64,000 nucleotides of DNA, taken from positions 1,184,001 through 1,248,000 of the forward strand of contig OY762825.2 in the NCBI GenBank assembly GCA_963666425.2, read 5' to 3'. This DNA is from Bacillota bacterium (GTDB taxonomy: Bacteria; Bacillota; JAAYKD01). The notes below the pieces were generated by a model. It made no database searches, was not told the DNA's origin, and was given only the letters and a program-made list of their open reading frames with translations. The stretch's first letter is position 1, and each line of letters opens with the position of its first letter. A program made the position numbers and the translations under genes. Below are positions 10,174 to 19,732 of this stretch, piece after piece.

Positions 10174-11349
10174 TTAGACAATTTGCAGAATCACATTCTT
10201 TAAATAATGGCTCTCAGGATAACCCAATTGCTGCGGATGATCCGCTCCCTGCGAACGCCATTCAACCAAACGCAGGCGGCAATGTGCATCGACCGATGCT
10301 TCGACCAACATCTCCTGAAACATCTCACTGCTCATATGGAAAGAACAGGAATTGGTCACCAGGAAACCACCCGGTTTCAGGAGCTTCATCGCCCTTAAAT
10401 TGATTTCCTTGTAACCGCGGTAGGCGCTTTTCAAACTGCTTTTGCTTTTGGCAAAGGCAGGAGGGTCGAGAATAATCACATCGTAGAGACGCTTCTCGTT
10501 GCTATACTGCTTGAGGGCATCAAAAACATTCGCTACGGAGAAGTTGATTTTCGCTTCCACCTGATTCAATTTTGCATTCAGTTTCGCTTGCTCTACTGCG
10601 GATTCGGAAATATCCAAAGCATCCACCGCTGCGGCGCCATAGGCTGCCGCATGAATGGCAAACGCTCCGGTGTGACAGAAGCAATCCAAGACGATCGCAT
10701 CTTTCACTAAAGGAGCCAGAGCGGCGCGGTTGGCACGCTGATCATAAAAATAACCTGTTTTCTGACCTTCCGCAATATCCACCATAAACTTCAGTTGATT
10801 TTCGGTGATCGTAATTTGCGCCGGACCCGGTTCGCCAACCCATTTCTGATAGAGTTCGCAGCCTTCCAATAAACGGACGCGCGCATCATTGCGCAGAAAA
10901 ATATATTGCGGCTGAAATACCTGCTGTAGACCTTTGATCACTGCATCCAAACGAACCTCTATCGCGAGGGTCAAGCATTCCACCACCAAGGTGGTGCCAA
11001 AACGATCTACCACCAGTCCAGGCAGATCATCCGCCTCAGCAAAAACCAGTCGGCAGTCGTTCACACCGGGAAGGAATTGATCACGCCAGTGTTTTGCGGT
11101 CTTGAGACGTTCCAGGATACTGGCTTCGTCAAACAATTCCCCTTGCGTGTAGCCGGTCACACGCACGGTAATCAGAGAATTATCATTGAAATATCCCATC
11201 GCCAAAAAGTAACCGTTGTGGTTGACGATTTCCACATCGCAGCCCGGCGTCAATTCGCCTTCTGTTTTTAAAATTTCATTGCCATAAACCCAGGGATGTC
11301 CCTGTTCCAAGCGTTTTCTCCGGTCACGTTTCAAATATACTTTTGCCAA
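10174..11349 (-). CDS. RlmI/RlmK-like SAM-dependent rRNA methyltransferase
   Basis: GHPWVY PUA-like N-terminus, GQKTGYFYDQR, LDCFCHTGAF, ILDPPAF. Confidence 0.88.
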   Translation of the reverse strand: MAKVYLKRDRRKRLEQGHPWVYGNEILKTEGELTPGCDVEIVNHNGYFLAMGYFNDNSLITVRVTGYTQGELFDEASILERLKTAKHWRDQFLPGVNDCRLVFAEADDLPGLVVDRFGTTLVVECLTLAIEVRLDAVIKGLQQVFQPQYIFLRNDARVRLLEGCELYQKWVGEPGPAQITITENQLKFMVDIAEGQKTGYFYDQRANRAALAPLVKDAIVLDCFCHTGAFAIHAAAYGAAAVDALDISESAVEQAKLNAKLNQVEAKINFSVANVFDALKQYSNEKRLYDVIILDPPAFAKSKSSLKSAYRGYKEINLRAMKLLKPGGFLVTNSCSFHMSSEMFQEMLVEASVDAHCRLRLVEWRSQGADHPQQLGYPESHYLKNVILQIV

Positions 11350-11474
11350 AGGTATTCGCTCCTTAAGAGTGTTTTACTCATTTATTTTGAATTGCTGTTT
11401 TCAGCTTGTTTCTAGTATACCCTATTTTAACCGTGAGGGAAAGAGTCCGCTCTCTGAATATTTACAAATGGCAA

Positions 11475-11566
11475 AAGATGTCTATGGTTATCTGACACAC
11501 ATTTTTGATTACAGCACAATTTCCTTTGAGTCTGCTTTTTTCCCCGGCAAGGTAATCGGACTCAAA
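11475..11566 (+). pseudogene. Internally deleted remnant ('empty' copy) of the C-terminal domain of the 12311-14131 lipoprotein
   Basis: 11475-11501 matches 12882-12908 (24/27), 11502-11526 matches 14105-14129 (22/25), 11547-11566 matches 14153-14172 (18/20). Confidence 0.7.
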
Positions 11567-11577
11567 GGAGCTCCCTC

Positions 11578-11865
11578 TCATTCATCAACATCAATTTCCC
11601 GAATATACCAATAAAGTGTGCACTTTGCATCCTCCAAACTCAAATCACTATAGTAAGCGATTTTTTCTTTTTCGGTGAACGTTTTCCAGTGCGCAGCATA
11701 ATGAGCTTTTTTCTTCTGCACGCTCGTTTCTTCTGTTAAGTACTTGCGATATTCGTGGTGGGATTCTGCTTTTTGCTTGGATAGATAATAACCAAAAGAG
11801 CGTTCGTCATTACTGGGATATTCCTCAAGACCTTCGATTACCTTGCACAGCTGGTAAATCTTCAT
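11578..11865 (-). CDS. Small hypothetical protein
   Basis: 95-aa ORF with SD AGAGGTG and an ECF-type promoter upstream. Confidence 0.7.
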   Translation of the reverse strand: MKIYQLCKVIEGLEEYPSNDERSFGYYLSKQKAESHHEYRKYLTEETSVQKKKAHYAAHWKTFTEKEKIAYYSDLSLEDAKCTLYWYIREIDVDE

Positions 11866-11924
11866 ACCAGATACACCTCTTTCATGAATGAGTGATTGAT
11901 CAGAGCAAAATTACTTTCTGAGAA

Positions 11925-11953
11925 TAAGACGGCAGTTTCAAAATTTAATTTCC
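11925..11953 (-). promoter_or_regulatory. ECF-sigma-type promoter of the 95-aa gene
   Basis: GGAAAT-N16-CGTCTTA on the minus strand. Confidence 0.6.
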
Positions 11954-12083
11954 TGTCCAACAGAAAATTTCAATATAATACTATTTAGTTTAGTATCAAT
12001 AAACTAAATGGAATCGCTCTGCTCTGCCGTTATGTGCATCAGAACAATGAATCAGAATGCGACTCGAAACGACCGAAACAGTT

Positions 12084-12112
12084 GGAAATTAATTCCGAAA
12101 ACTTCCGTCTTA
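12084..12112 (+). promoter_or_regulatory. ECF-sigma-type promoter of the lipoprotein gene
   Basis: GGAAAT-N16-CGTCTTA on the plus strand, same motif as the divergent copy. Confidence 0.6.
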
Positions 12113-12310
12113 CTAATAGAAAGAAAAATGCAAACCCAAACAGATAAAAAAAAGAGATGGCAGGTGAAAGGAATGAATGAATATAGACCGGTCCCGGATA
12201 TAAAGGAGGAGTATCAGCAGATGATTACCAATTTATATGGGAAAGCAGAAATTCAAATTCTGATCGAAACGACTAAACGAACACAGTCATTCAATTTCAA
12301 GGAGGGAAAG

Positions 12311-14131
12311 ATGAAACAACTTCGCTTATCTCTATTCCTGATTCTGATTCTTCTGTTGACGTTTTTAACAGGATGCAATCAACCAGTATACCAATATCCA
12401 AAAACAAAGGAAGAAATCACTTCTCTGTTTCAGGAGCACAAAGATGAATTTGAGCTATTTGCTGCGAATTGCCTGAAAAACCTTACGACAGGGGGAGACC
12501 TGCAAATCCATCTCATCAGCCAAACAAAAGAGTATCAGTACTGGCGGACAACCCCAGGGAATTCGCCTGTCCTAGAGCAAAAACAACCCGTGTACAAACT
12601 GATGAAAGGAGATGAGCTCCTTGGGTTTTTTAGTTCTTTTCCTGTCAAAGTTGTACAGGCAGAAGACTCCTATGTTGCGATTTCTTTGTATGACGCCAAA
12701 AAATACGATGGCAACCTGGCCATGCAGCAGTCCCCAGACTATATAACCTATCAATATGTGGCAGCCGGGGGTCTGCTTTTGGAAAAAGAGATTATGGAGA
12801 AATCCGGGGGGACAATTATTCTGAACGATTACTGGTTTGCTGATGATCCGTCATTAGCAGTTTCTAATCCGGATTCAGAAGAAGATACCTACGGTTATCT
12901 GACACACAGTCTCGAATTATTGAAAGAGGATGGTTTCGAGGTGAAGGAAGCGGTGATCACTGCTTTTGAACTGCCTCAATTAGGTCTTACCGATGATCAC
13001 AAGGCAATCACAGGCGAGGAGAATCGTAAAGCTGATTATTTATTCGAAATCACTGAGAATTGTCTTCTGCTTAGCTATGAGCGGAATACGAAGGTGACAG
13101 CCTTGCTGGTAAATCCGATCGACGGAACCGTACTTTCCGAACAACAATTTAGTATCCCGACGAATGCGGCGGGCACTTATCGCATCCTGCAATTGAGCGA
13201 TCAGCTCTGGTTATATGCGCCTCGGTCTGCAAGAGGCGAGGAACAGCTCTTTATTCCATTTCTCTGCACAGAAACCGGCATGATAGCTCAGCCAACGATC
13301 CGTTTACCGGAAGAAGCCGCTTCCTGGATCGATGGAAAAGCATCCTTTCTGACAAATGAAAGCGGTATTTACCGCATTGCCTATCTCACCGGCGAGACCG
13401 AAAGTCTGGTTGTGCAGGAATTTGCAGACGGTCAGGTTCAGGGAGAGCCTACCAGATATGATTTGCAGGCGTTGGGTCTGCAGGAAAGCACACAGCTGAA
13501 AGATATTGCATTTTTAAGTGAACATCGTCTGGTCTTTAGTTGGACCGGCAATACGGATGGCAAAAACGCCTTCACGGAATATTGCGGCTATGGCTTCTTG
13601 GACCCGATGAATGCGCAAGTTCAAAGAATCCCTTTTGGCGGGACAAATCTCATGATTTCCGGCAAGCGTGTGCTGGTAGGCAATACGCTAGACTTTATTC
13701 GTCTCAGTGGTGGAGATAGTGCAGATACAACACAACCGGAAGTCGTAAACGAACTGCACCAAATCCATATCATCAACGAGACAGGAGATCCCATTGTAAT
13801 GGCTCAGCCTGCCCTCAACCATATGCTGTATCTCGACGAGGGGTTTCAGACACAGCAAGTAGCTATTTCTGTTTTTGGCGGTTATAGCAGAAAAATGGGA
13901 TATGCTTTTGCGTTCTTCGATACCAATACGAAGGAGTGGCAGCAGGACATTCTCAAATTACCTGAAATTTACCCGGTAACGCGAAACTTTTCGGAGGATT
14001 CCGACCGGGGGATCTATGTCGGTACAATTTCTGCTGCCGGCAAGAAGATCTATCTTCTTGGCTATCATTATGATGAAACGCTAAAAAAATATACAGGCTA
14101 TCCGTTGTTGATTACGGCACAATTGCCTTAA
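12311..14131 (+). CDS. Two-domain lipoprotein of unknown function
   Basis: SD AAGGAGG before ATG 12311; signal peptide MKQLRLSLFLILILLLTFLTGC with lipobox LTGC. Confidence 0.8.
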   Translation: MKQLRLSLFLILILLLTFLTGCNQPVYQYPKTKEEITSLFQEHKDEFELFAANCLKNLTTGGDLQIHLISQTKEYQYWRTTPGNSPVLEQKQPVYKLMKGDELLGFFSSFPVKVVQAEDSYVAISLYDAKKYDGNLAMQQSPDYITYQYVAAGGLLLEKEIMEKSGGTIILNDYWFADDPSLAVSNPDSEEDTYGYLTHSLELLKEDGFEVKEAVITAFELPQLGLTDDHKAITGEENRKADYLFEITENCLLLSYERNTKVTALLVNPIDGTVLSEQQFSIPTNAAGTYRILQLSDQLWLYAPRSARGEEQLFIPFLCTETGMIAQPTIRLPEEAASWIDGKASFLTNESGIYRIAYLTGETESLVVQEFADGQVQGEPTRYDLQALGLQESTQLKDIAFLSEHRLVFSWTGNTDGKNAFTEYCGYGFLDPMNAQVQRIPFGGTNLMISGKRVLVGNTLDFIRLSGGDSADTTQPEVVNELHQIHIINETGDPIVMAQPALNHMLYLDEGFQTQQVAISVFGGYSRKMGYAFAFFDTNTKEWQQDILKLPEIYPVTRNFSEDSDRGIYVGTISAAGKKIYLLGYHYDETLKKYTGYPLLITAQLP

Positions 14132-14170
14132 GCCATTGCTTTCCTCTAAAAAGCAGGGTAATCGGGCTCA

Positions 14171-14218
14171 AAAAAACAGACTGAGGCTATTATTAAAGCC
14201 GCCCCAGTCTGTTTTTTT
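14171..14218. terminator. Bidirectional terminator
   Basis: aaaaaacagactg..cagtctgttttttt between convergent genes. Confidence 0.7.
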
Positions 14219-14251
14219 ATAATTTGATTCACTTGTCATTCTGATTTTAGT

Positions 14252-16336
14252 TTACTGCTCTTCATCCTCACTCTTAAAGGCAGCGATGATGCCTTCCGCG
14301 ATCATGGCAGGGATTTCCTCATAATGATCAAAGCTCATTTTGAAGGATCCCCGTCCTTGCGTCATGGAGCGTAAATCGGTGGCATAGCGGAACAATTCAG
14401 CTTGCGGCGCTTGTGCGCGAACCAATTGGCGGCCGCGGCCGATCGGTTCCATGCCGAGCACCCGGCCCCGTTTTTTATTCATATCGCCGATGATGTCTCC
14501 CATGTAATCATCCGGCACGGTCACTTCAATGTTCATAATCGGTTCCAAAAGAACCGGTTTTGCCAACGCGAAACCTTTTTTAAAGCCGATATGCGTAGCC
14601 AGCTTAAAAGCCATTTCCGAAGAGTCAACAGCATGATAAGAACCGTCGACCAAGGCAACCCGAATATTGACCACCGGATATCCAGCCAAAACACCTTTGG
14701 CCATGATTTCGGTTAAGCCTTTTTCAACAGCCGGGATGTACTGACGCGGAACGGAACCGCCGAAGATCTTATCAACAAATTCATAACCGTCTTCTTTTGG
14801 CTCCATTTCCAGCCAAACATGACCGAACTGTCCTTTGCCGCCAGACTGCTTCTTATGTCGTCCTTCTACGCGTACCTTGCTGCGAATCGTTTCACGATAG
14901 GGCAGTTTGAACTCTACGATTTGCACTTCGGCACCGAATTTTTTGGCCAAGCGGCCAATCATCACATCAAGATGCAATTCGCCCAAACCAGAAATGACAA
15001 TCTGTTTGGTTTCGGTATCTTTATGCATGCTGAAGGTGGGATCTTCTTCCGCTAAACGGGCAAGACCAGTACCGATCTTATCTTCATCACCCTTGGTTTT
15101 CGGCTCTACAGCCACGCTGAGACAAGGTTGCGGGAAATGAATGGGGTCGATGATCAGTGGGAATTCCTTTTCTCCCAGTGTTTCATTGGTTGTGGTATCC
15201 TGCAATTTTGCGATAGAACCGATATCACCGGCAACCAGTTCCATGACATTTTCCTGACGCTTGCCTTTGGGAACAAAGAGGTTGCTGATCCGCTCATTGC
15301 GTCCTTTATTGACGTTCCAAACGTTGGAATCCGTTTTGATTGTGCCGGAGATGACCTTGAAAATTGTCAGTTTACCGACAAAGGGGTCGGCCATCGTCTT
15401 AAAAACATGTACGGCCAAATGGCCGGCGGGATCCGCAGCCAATTCTACTTCCTGTTTGGTGTCGGCATGATGTGCTATCACCTTCGGCATATCGGTCGGC
15501 GCTGGGAAATTCTCTACAATAAAATCCATGATGAGTGCAGCGCCGATGTTTTTCGCGCCGGAAGAGCAAGCGACCGGTATAAATTTATCTGTTATAATGC
15601 CTGTTTTGATTGCGCTCTTGAGTTGCTCCTCTGCGATTTCCGCACCGTCCAAATACATCATCATTAATTCGTCGTCGGCTTCCACCGCCGATTCAATTAA
15701 GAGGTCGCGATAGCGTTCCACTTCGTCCGCCATACTGGCAGGGATTTCTTCTTCTTTGAAATTTTTTCCACTGGCATCGGTATAACGATAGGCTTTTGTG
15801 GTGATCAGGTTGACCACACCGCTGAAGTTCGCCTGGGAACCAATCGGGATTAAAACAGGAGCCACTTTGGTGCCGAACGCGCTGCGCAGACTTTCAAATG
15901 CTTTTTCATAGTTTGCATTTTCTCTGTCCATCCGGTTGACAACAACCATCCGCGGTGCATGGCGATCCTCGGCATGTTCCCAAACAATCTCTGTGCCCAC
16001 TTCCACACCGGAAACTGCATCTACTAAAATAACGGCGGTATCCACCACATGCATGGCAGCTACGACCTCGCCGATAAAGTCTAAATATCCGGGCGTATCC
16101 AGCAAATTGATTTTATAATTCTTCCATTCAATTGGAACAATGGAAGTATTGATGGTCATTTGACGCTTGATTTCTTCCGCTTCAAAGTCCATAAAGCTGG
16201 AACCATCGGTAGTTTTTCCCATCCGATCTGTCACGCCTGCTGTATAGAGCATTGCCTCCGCTAAAGTTGTCTTGCCTGCACCACCATGGGAAAAAAGTCC
16301 TATGTTACGAATTTTGTCTACAGAATAATTTTTCAC
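14252..16336 (-). CDS. fusA: Elongation factor G paralog (EF-G II type)
   Basis: Full-length EF-G domains (HGGAGKTT, GELHLD, KQSGGKGQFG, DGSYHAVDSSEMAF, LRSMTQGRG), variant G-motifs, not in the str operon. Confidence 0.9.
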   Translation of the reverse strand: MKNYSVDKIRNIGLFSHGGAGKTTLAEAMLYTAGVTDRMGKTTDGSSFMDFEAEEIKRQMTINTSIVPIEWKNYKINLLDTPGYLDFIGEVVAAMHVVDTAVILVDAVSGVEVGTEIVWEHAEDRHAPRMVVVNRMDRENANYEKAFESLRSAFGTKVAPVLIPIGSQANFSGVVNLITTKAYRYTDASGKNFKEEEIPASMADEVERYRDLLIESAVEADDELMMMYLDGAEIAEEQLKSAIKTGIITDKFIPVACSSGAKNIGAALIMDFIVENFPAPTDMPKVIAHHADTKQEVELAADPAGHLAVHVFKTMADPFVGKLTIFKVISGTIKTDSNVWNVNKGRNERISNLFVPKGKRQENVMELVAGDIGSIAKLQDTTTNETLGEKEFPLIIDPIHFPQPCLSVAVEPKTKGDEDKIGTGLARLAEEDPTFSMHKDTETKQIVISGLGELHLDVMIGRLAKKFGAEVQIVEFKLPYRETIRSKVRVEGRHKKQSGGKGQFGHVWLEMEPKEDGYEFVDKIFGGSVPRQYIPAVEKGLTEIMAKGVLAGYPVVNIRVALVDGSYHAVDSSEMAFKLATHIGFKKGFALAKPVLLEPIMNIEVTVPDDYMGDIIGDMNKKRGRVLGMEPIGRGRQLVRAQAPQAELFRYATDLRSMTQGRGSFKMSFDHYEEIPAMIAEGIIAAFKSEDEEQ

Positions 16337-16407
16337 ACATGTTCCTCCTCACTTGCTTTACGGATCTTGTCTTTGAGATACGGCACTTTTACTCGTATCG
16401 GTATGTT

Positions 16408-16433
16408 ATTCGAGCAGTAAATACATTTGTCCT
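16408..16433 (-). promoter_or_regulatory. sigma-H-like promoter of the EF-G paralog
   Basis: AGGA-N18-GAAT. Confidence 0.55.
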
Positions 16434-16512
16434 TCTGTTAGAGGCAAAATGAATCCGCTTATTTTAAGCTGAAAGCTTTCCATAAGGTTTTCTTATATTT
16501 GAACACCCAGGC

Positions 16513-16538
16513 AGGACAATACTGTAAAAAGGCCGAAT
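16513..16538 (+). promoter_or_regulatory. sigma-H-like promoter of yedF
   Basis: AGGA-N18-GAAT. Confidence 0.55.
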
Positions 16539-16604
16539 CTGTCTGGTAGCAATGAGCAGAGCATGCCTTGCTCACTGCACAAATAGAAGATGAGGTGACG
16601 GAAT

Positions 16605-17207
16605 ATGAACCTGATTACCATTGATAATTGCGGTCTTGCTTGCCCGCAGCCGGTCATCAACACAAAAAAAGCATTGGATAGCCTCTCAGCCGGACAAAGT
16701 TTGATCAGCATGGTCGACAATGCTGCTGCCAAAGAAAATGTCACCCGTTTCGCCGTCAACAACGGCTATACAGTCAGCGTAGAAGAAAAAAATGGCGTCT
16801 ATGCTCTGACTCTGACCAAGGGCAAAAGCCTGCCGGCAACGGCAGCTCCTCAGGTAGAAATCCCCAATTCTGGCGGCAAAGTGATTTTTGTGCGCAGCAA
16901 TCAATTGGGAATGGGCAGCGATGAACTTGGCAGCCTCTTGATCAAATCCTTTTTTTATGCGGTCAGTCAGACATCGGATTACTTGCCGGCAAAAATCGTC
17001 TTGATCAACAGCGGCGTCAAACTCGCGGTCAAAGATTCGCCCGTATTGCCAGATCTGCTCAGCTTAGCGGCGGCCGGTGTGGAAGTGTTAGCCTGCGGCA
17101 CCTGTCTTGATTTTTACGGACTCAAAGAGCAGCTTGCCGTCGGACACGTCTCCAATATGTACAGCATTTATGAAGTTCTGGCAAGCCATGCTGTGCTTAC
17201 ACTCTAA
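16605..17207 (+). CDS. yedF: Sulfurtransferase-like selenium metabolism protein YedF (TusA + DsrE-like domains)
   Basis: GLACPQPVI TusA motif; LG.GSDELG, NSGVKL, CGTCLDFY, VSNMYSI. Confidence 0.85.
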   Translation: MNLITIDNCGLACPQPVINTKKALDSLSAGQSLISMVDNAAAKENVTRFAVNNGYTVSVEEKNGVYALTLTKGKSLPATAAPQVEIPNSGGKVIFVRSNQLGMGSDELGSLLIKSFFYAVSQTSDYLPAKIVLINSGVKLAVKDSPVLPDLLSLAAAGVEVLACGTCLDFYGLKEQLAVGHVSNMYSIYEVLASHAVLTL

Positions 17208-17242
17208 GCCGCTTTATAAAAATGAAAAGAAAGAGAACTAGA

Positions 17243-18385
17243 ATGCAGTCATTGATTTCAATTTTGTCTCCGCTGGCTTTAGGTTATTATCTCGGTTTAC
17301 AGGGTTGGTATTGTTGGAAAGGGATATTGCCCGGCAGCGGCAGAATCATCTACTGGCTGATATACTGGTCTTTCACACTGCTGCCCTGGCTGCTGCAAAC
17401 TTTTGGCGGCACTGTTACCAGTGACCTCGCCGAATATGGCAGCCGTCTCGCTTTCAACCAATTGATCTTCTACGCTGCTTTGTTTTGCTTTAGCTTACTG
17501 TTGAAGGTGCTGAGTCTGATTCTTGTCAATGGGCTTGGTTTGAGCGGACTCACCCGCGCTGCTTTTTTACCCTTCTGGCCAATTCTGGTCATTGCGCTTT
17601 CTCTGGCAATCTGCTTCTATGGTTACCACACAGCCAGAACCTATGCAGTCACACCCTATCAGATCAGATTAACCGGCACTGCGGCGGCTGAATATAAAAT
17701 CGCCGCCATCTCTGATCTGCACCTTGGTGCAGTCCATCAGCGAAGTGATTTGAAAAAGATGGTTGCTGCAGTCAATGCGCTGGATGCAGACCTGGTTTTG
17801 ATTTTGGGTGATATTCTGCACAATGATTACGCTCCTTTTCGGGATCACCAAATGGCAGAAGAATTTCAGAATTTAACCGCTCCTTACGGTGTTTACGCCG
17901 TGCTTGGCAATCACGACGCTTATGCCAATCGTGAGACAGAATTAATGGCCGAATTGACAGCCGCCGGTATCACGATGCTGCAGGATCAAGCGCTGGTGAT
18001 TGACGATCATTTTGTTTTAGCCGGGCGCAAGGACCGCGCCGGCATGCGCAGCAGAGCAACCAGCGCACGTGCCACCCTACCGGAGCTGCTGCAAGGTTAC
18101 CCCGTGGATTTACCCGTCGTTCTGATGGATCATCAACCGCGCGACCTGCAGGCAGTTGCCGACGATCGTGAAGTTGATCTGCAGCTCAGCGGGCATACGC
18201 ATGCAGGCCAATTCTGGCCGGTGACTTGGGTTACAAACCGTATCTATGAACTGAATTATGGTTACAGGCAAATTGACGCAGCCCAATTTATCGTCACGAG
18301 CGGCATTGGTACTTGGGGACCGGCGTTCCGCTTGGGAAGCATCAGCGAAATCGCTTTGATTACTTTGATCATCGAAGCAAAATAA
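17243..18385 (+). CDS. Membrane-anchored calcineurin-like metallophosphoesterase (YkuE-like)
   Basis: N-terminal TM helices; DLH, GD, GNHD, HQP and GHTH motifs. Confidence 0.9.
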   Translation: MQSLISILSPLALGYYLGLQGWYCWKGILPGSGRIIYWLIYWSFTLLPWLLQTFGGTVTSDLAEYGSRLAFNQLIFYAALFCFSLLLKVLSLILVNGLGLSGLTRAAFLPFWPILVIALSLAICFYGYHTARTYAVTPYQIRLTGTAAAEYKIAAISDLHLGAVHQRSDLKKMVAAVNALDADLVLILGDILHNDYAPFRDHQMAEEFQNLTAPYGVYAVLGNHDAYANRETELMAELTAAGITMLQDQALVIDDHFVLAGRKDRAGMRSRATSARATLPELLQGYPVDLPVVLMDHQPRDLQAVADDREVDLQLSGHTHAGQFWPVTWVTNRIYELNYGYRQIDAAQFIVTSGIGTWGPAFRLGSISEIALITLIIEAK

Positions 18386-18446
18386 TGAATTATTTAAAAA
18401 CAACGTATCCGGTTCTTATTTCCGGATCATACATTTTGGGGGGCGA

Positions 18447-18472
18447 AGGAATTTCGCTCCCTTTTCTCGAAT
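18447..18472 (+). promoter_or_regulatory. sigma-H-like promoter of the amidohydrolase cluster, overlapping a hairpin
   Basis: AGGA-N18-GAAT. Confidence 0.55.
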
Positions 18473-18583
18473 TGTGCCCCTGAGATCGCAGGATGACGGT
18501 TTGATACATTCTGCCTGATCAATCTTAAAAACGGCATTGCTCTTTTTAGAGATCATGCCAATCCAAAGAAGGAGGTCTGTTTT

Positions 18584-19732
18584 TTGAAAGCGATTGTCAA
18601 CGGAACACTCTATACGATGGTCAACGGCATCATCGAAGACGGTACGATTCTGATCGACGCAGGTAAAATCATTGCCATCGGCAAAAACATTACCCTACCG
18701 GAAGGTACCGAAATCATCTCAGCCAAAGGCTGCGTGGTGCTGCCCGGTTTGATCGATGCCGACTGCAAAGTGGGTATTTTTGAAGAAGGTCAGGGCCCGA
18801 TTGGAAATGACACCAACGAATCGGTTTCTTTGGGAGCCGAATTCCGCGCTTCCGATGCTACCTGGTGGGAAGATGTGGCTTTTGACGACTGCCGCAAAGC
18901 CGGAATTACCGCTTTGTCCATCGGTCCCGGCAGTGCCAATCTGATCAACGGCCAGAGCTTTGTCACCAAAACGGCGCCGGGTGTGATCGATCATCATATT
19001 GTGCGCGCCTTTGCCGGTTTAAAAATCAATATCTGTGGTACTAAAAGCAATCAACATGACCGCACCATGGATATCGCCTCTCTGCAGGCGCAATTGCAAA
19101 AAGCCAAAGAATTGGCTGCCAAGAACCGAAAGCTGATCGAAAAGGGAGAGATTCCGGAAGAGAATCTGAAACTGGATCCTCTGATCGCCTTGCTCGATGG
19201 CAGTAACTTTGCCCGCATCAATGTATTTGCCAACTACGACATCTTAAACGCAATCGAACTGGCCAAGGATTGGGGCTTCCCTCTGGTTTTAGAACGCTGT
19301 TACGAAGGTCATCTTGCGCTGGAAGAAATCGTCGCCGCCGGCTGCAGTGTGATTGCCGGACCCACTTTCATCAACCGGGTGGGCAGTGCGAAGAACCTGT
19401 CGCTTAAGATGCCGGGTGTTCTGGCCAAAGCCGGTGTTAAAGTCGCTCTCTGCAGCGATCATCCCACCTTGCCCAGTGAAAATCTGGCCACGCAGGCGGC
19501 GCTTTGTTGCCGCGACGGCATGCCGGAAGAATTGGCGCTGCAAGCCATCACCTCGGTGGCTGCCGAAGTCTTAGGTGTAGCCGATCGCATCGGCTCTCTG
19601 GCAGTCGGCAAAGATGCCGATCTCGCCATTTTCAGCGGACATCCTTTCAAAACCGCAACACAGTGTCTGGCTACGCTGATCAACGGCGAATTTGTTTACC
19701 AAGCAGAAAAAGGCGGTGCATGTTCATGCTAG
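18584..19732 (+). CDS. Amidohydrolase-family protein 1, metal ligands absent (probable pseudoenzyme)
   Basis: Fold motifs VLPGLID and GSLAVGKDAD present; HxH replaced by DCK, other His ligands absent. Confidence 0.85.
   Translation: MKAIVNGTLYTMVNGIIEDGTILIDAGKIIAIGKNITLPEGTEIISAKGCVVLPGLIDADCKVGIFEEGQGPIGNDTNESVSLGAEFRASDATWWEDVAFDDCRKAGITALSIGPGSANLINGQSFVTKTAPGVIDHHIVRAFAGLKINICGTKSNQHDRTMDIASLQAQLQKAKELAAKNRKLIEKGEIPEENLKLDPLIALLDGSNFARINVFANYDILNAIELAKDWGFPLVLERCYEGHLALEEIVAAGCSVIAGPTFINRVGSAKNLSLKMPGVLAKAGVKVALCSDHPTLPSENLATQAALCCRDGMPEELALQAITSVAAEVLGVADRIGSLAVGKDADLAIFSGHPFKTATQCLATLINGEFVYQAEKGGACSC

Noticed and set aside
12008-12310. 101-codon in-frame extension upstream of the lipoprotein
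   Set aside because: The signal peptide and strong SD place the start at 12311, and the extension overlaps the promoter region
16605-17207. Selenocysteine recoding suggested by yedF
   Set aside because: No gene in the window shows an in-frame TGA at a conserved Cys position, and no sel genes are present
19504-19725. N-terminal extensions of amidohydrolases 2 (from 19504) and 4 (from 21941) in the ORF track
   Set aside because: They overlap the preceding genes; SD positions and paralog alignment give starts at 19726 and 22085
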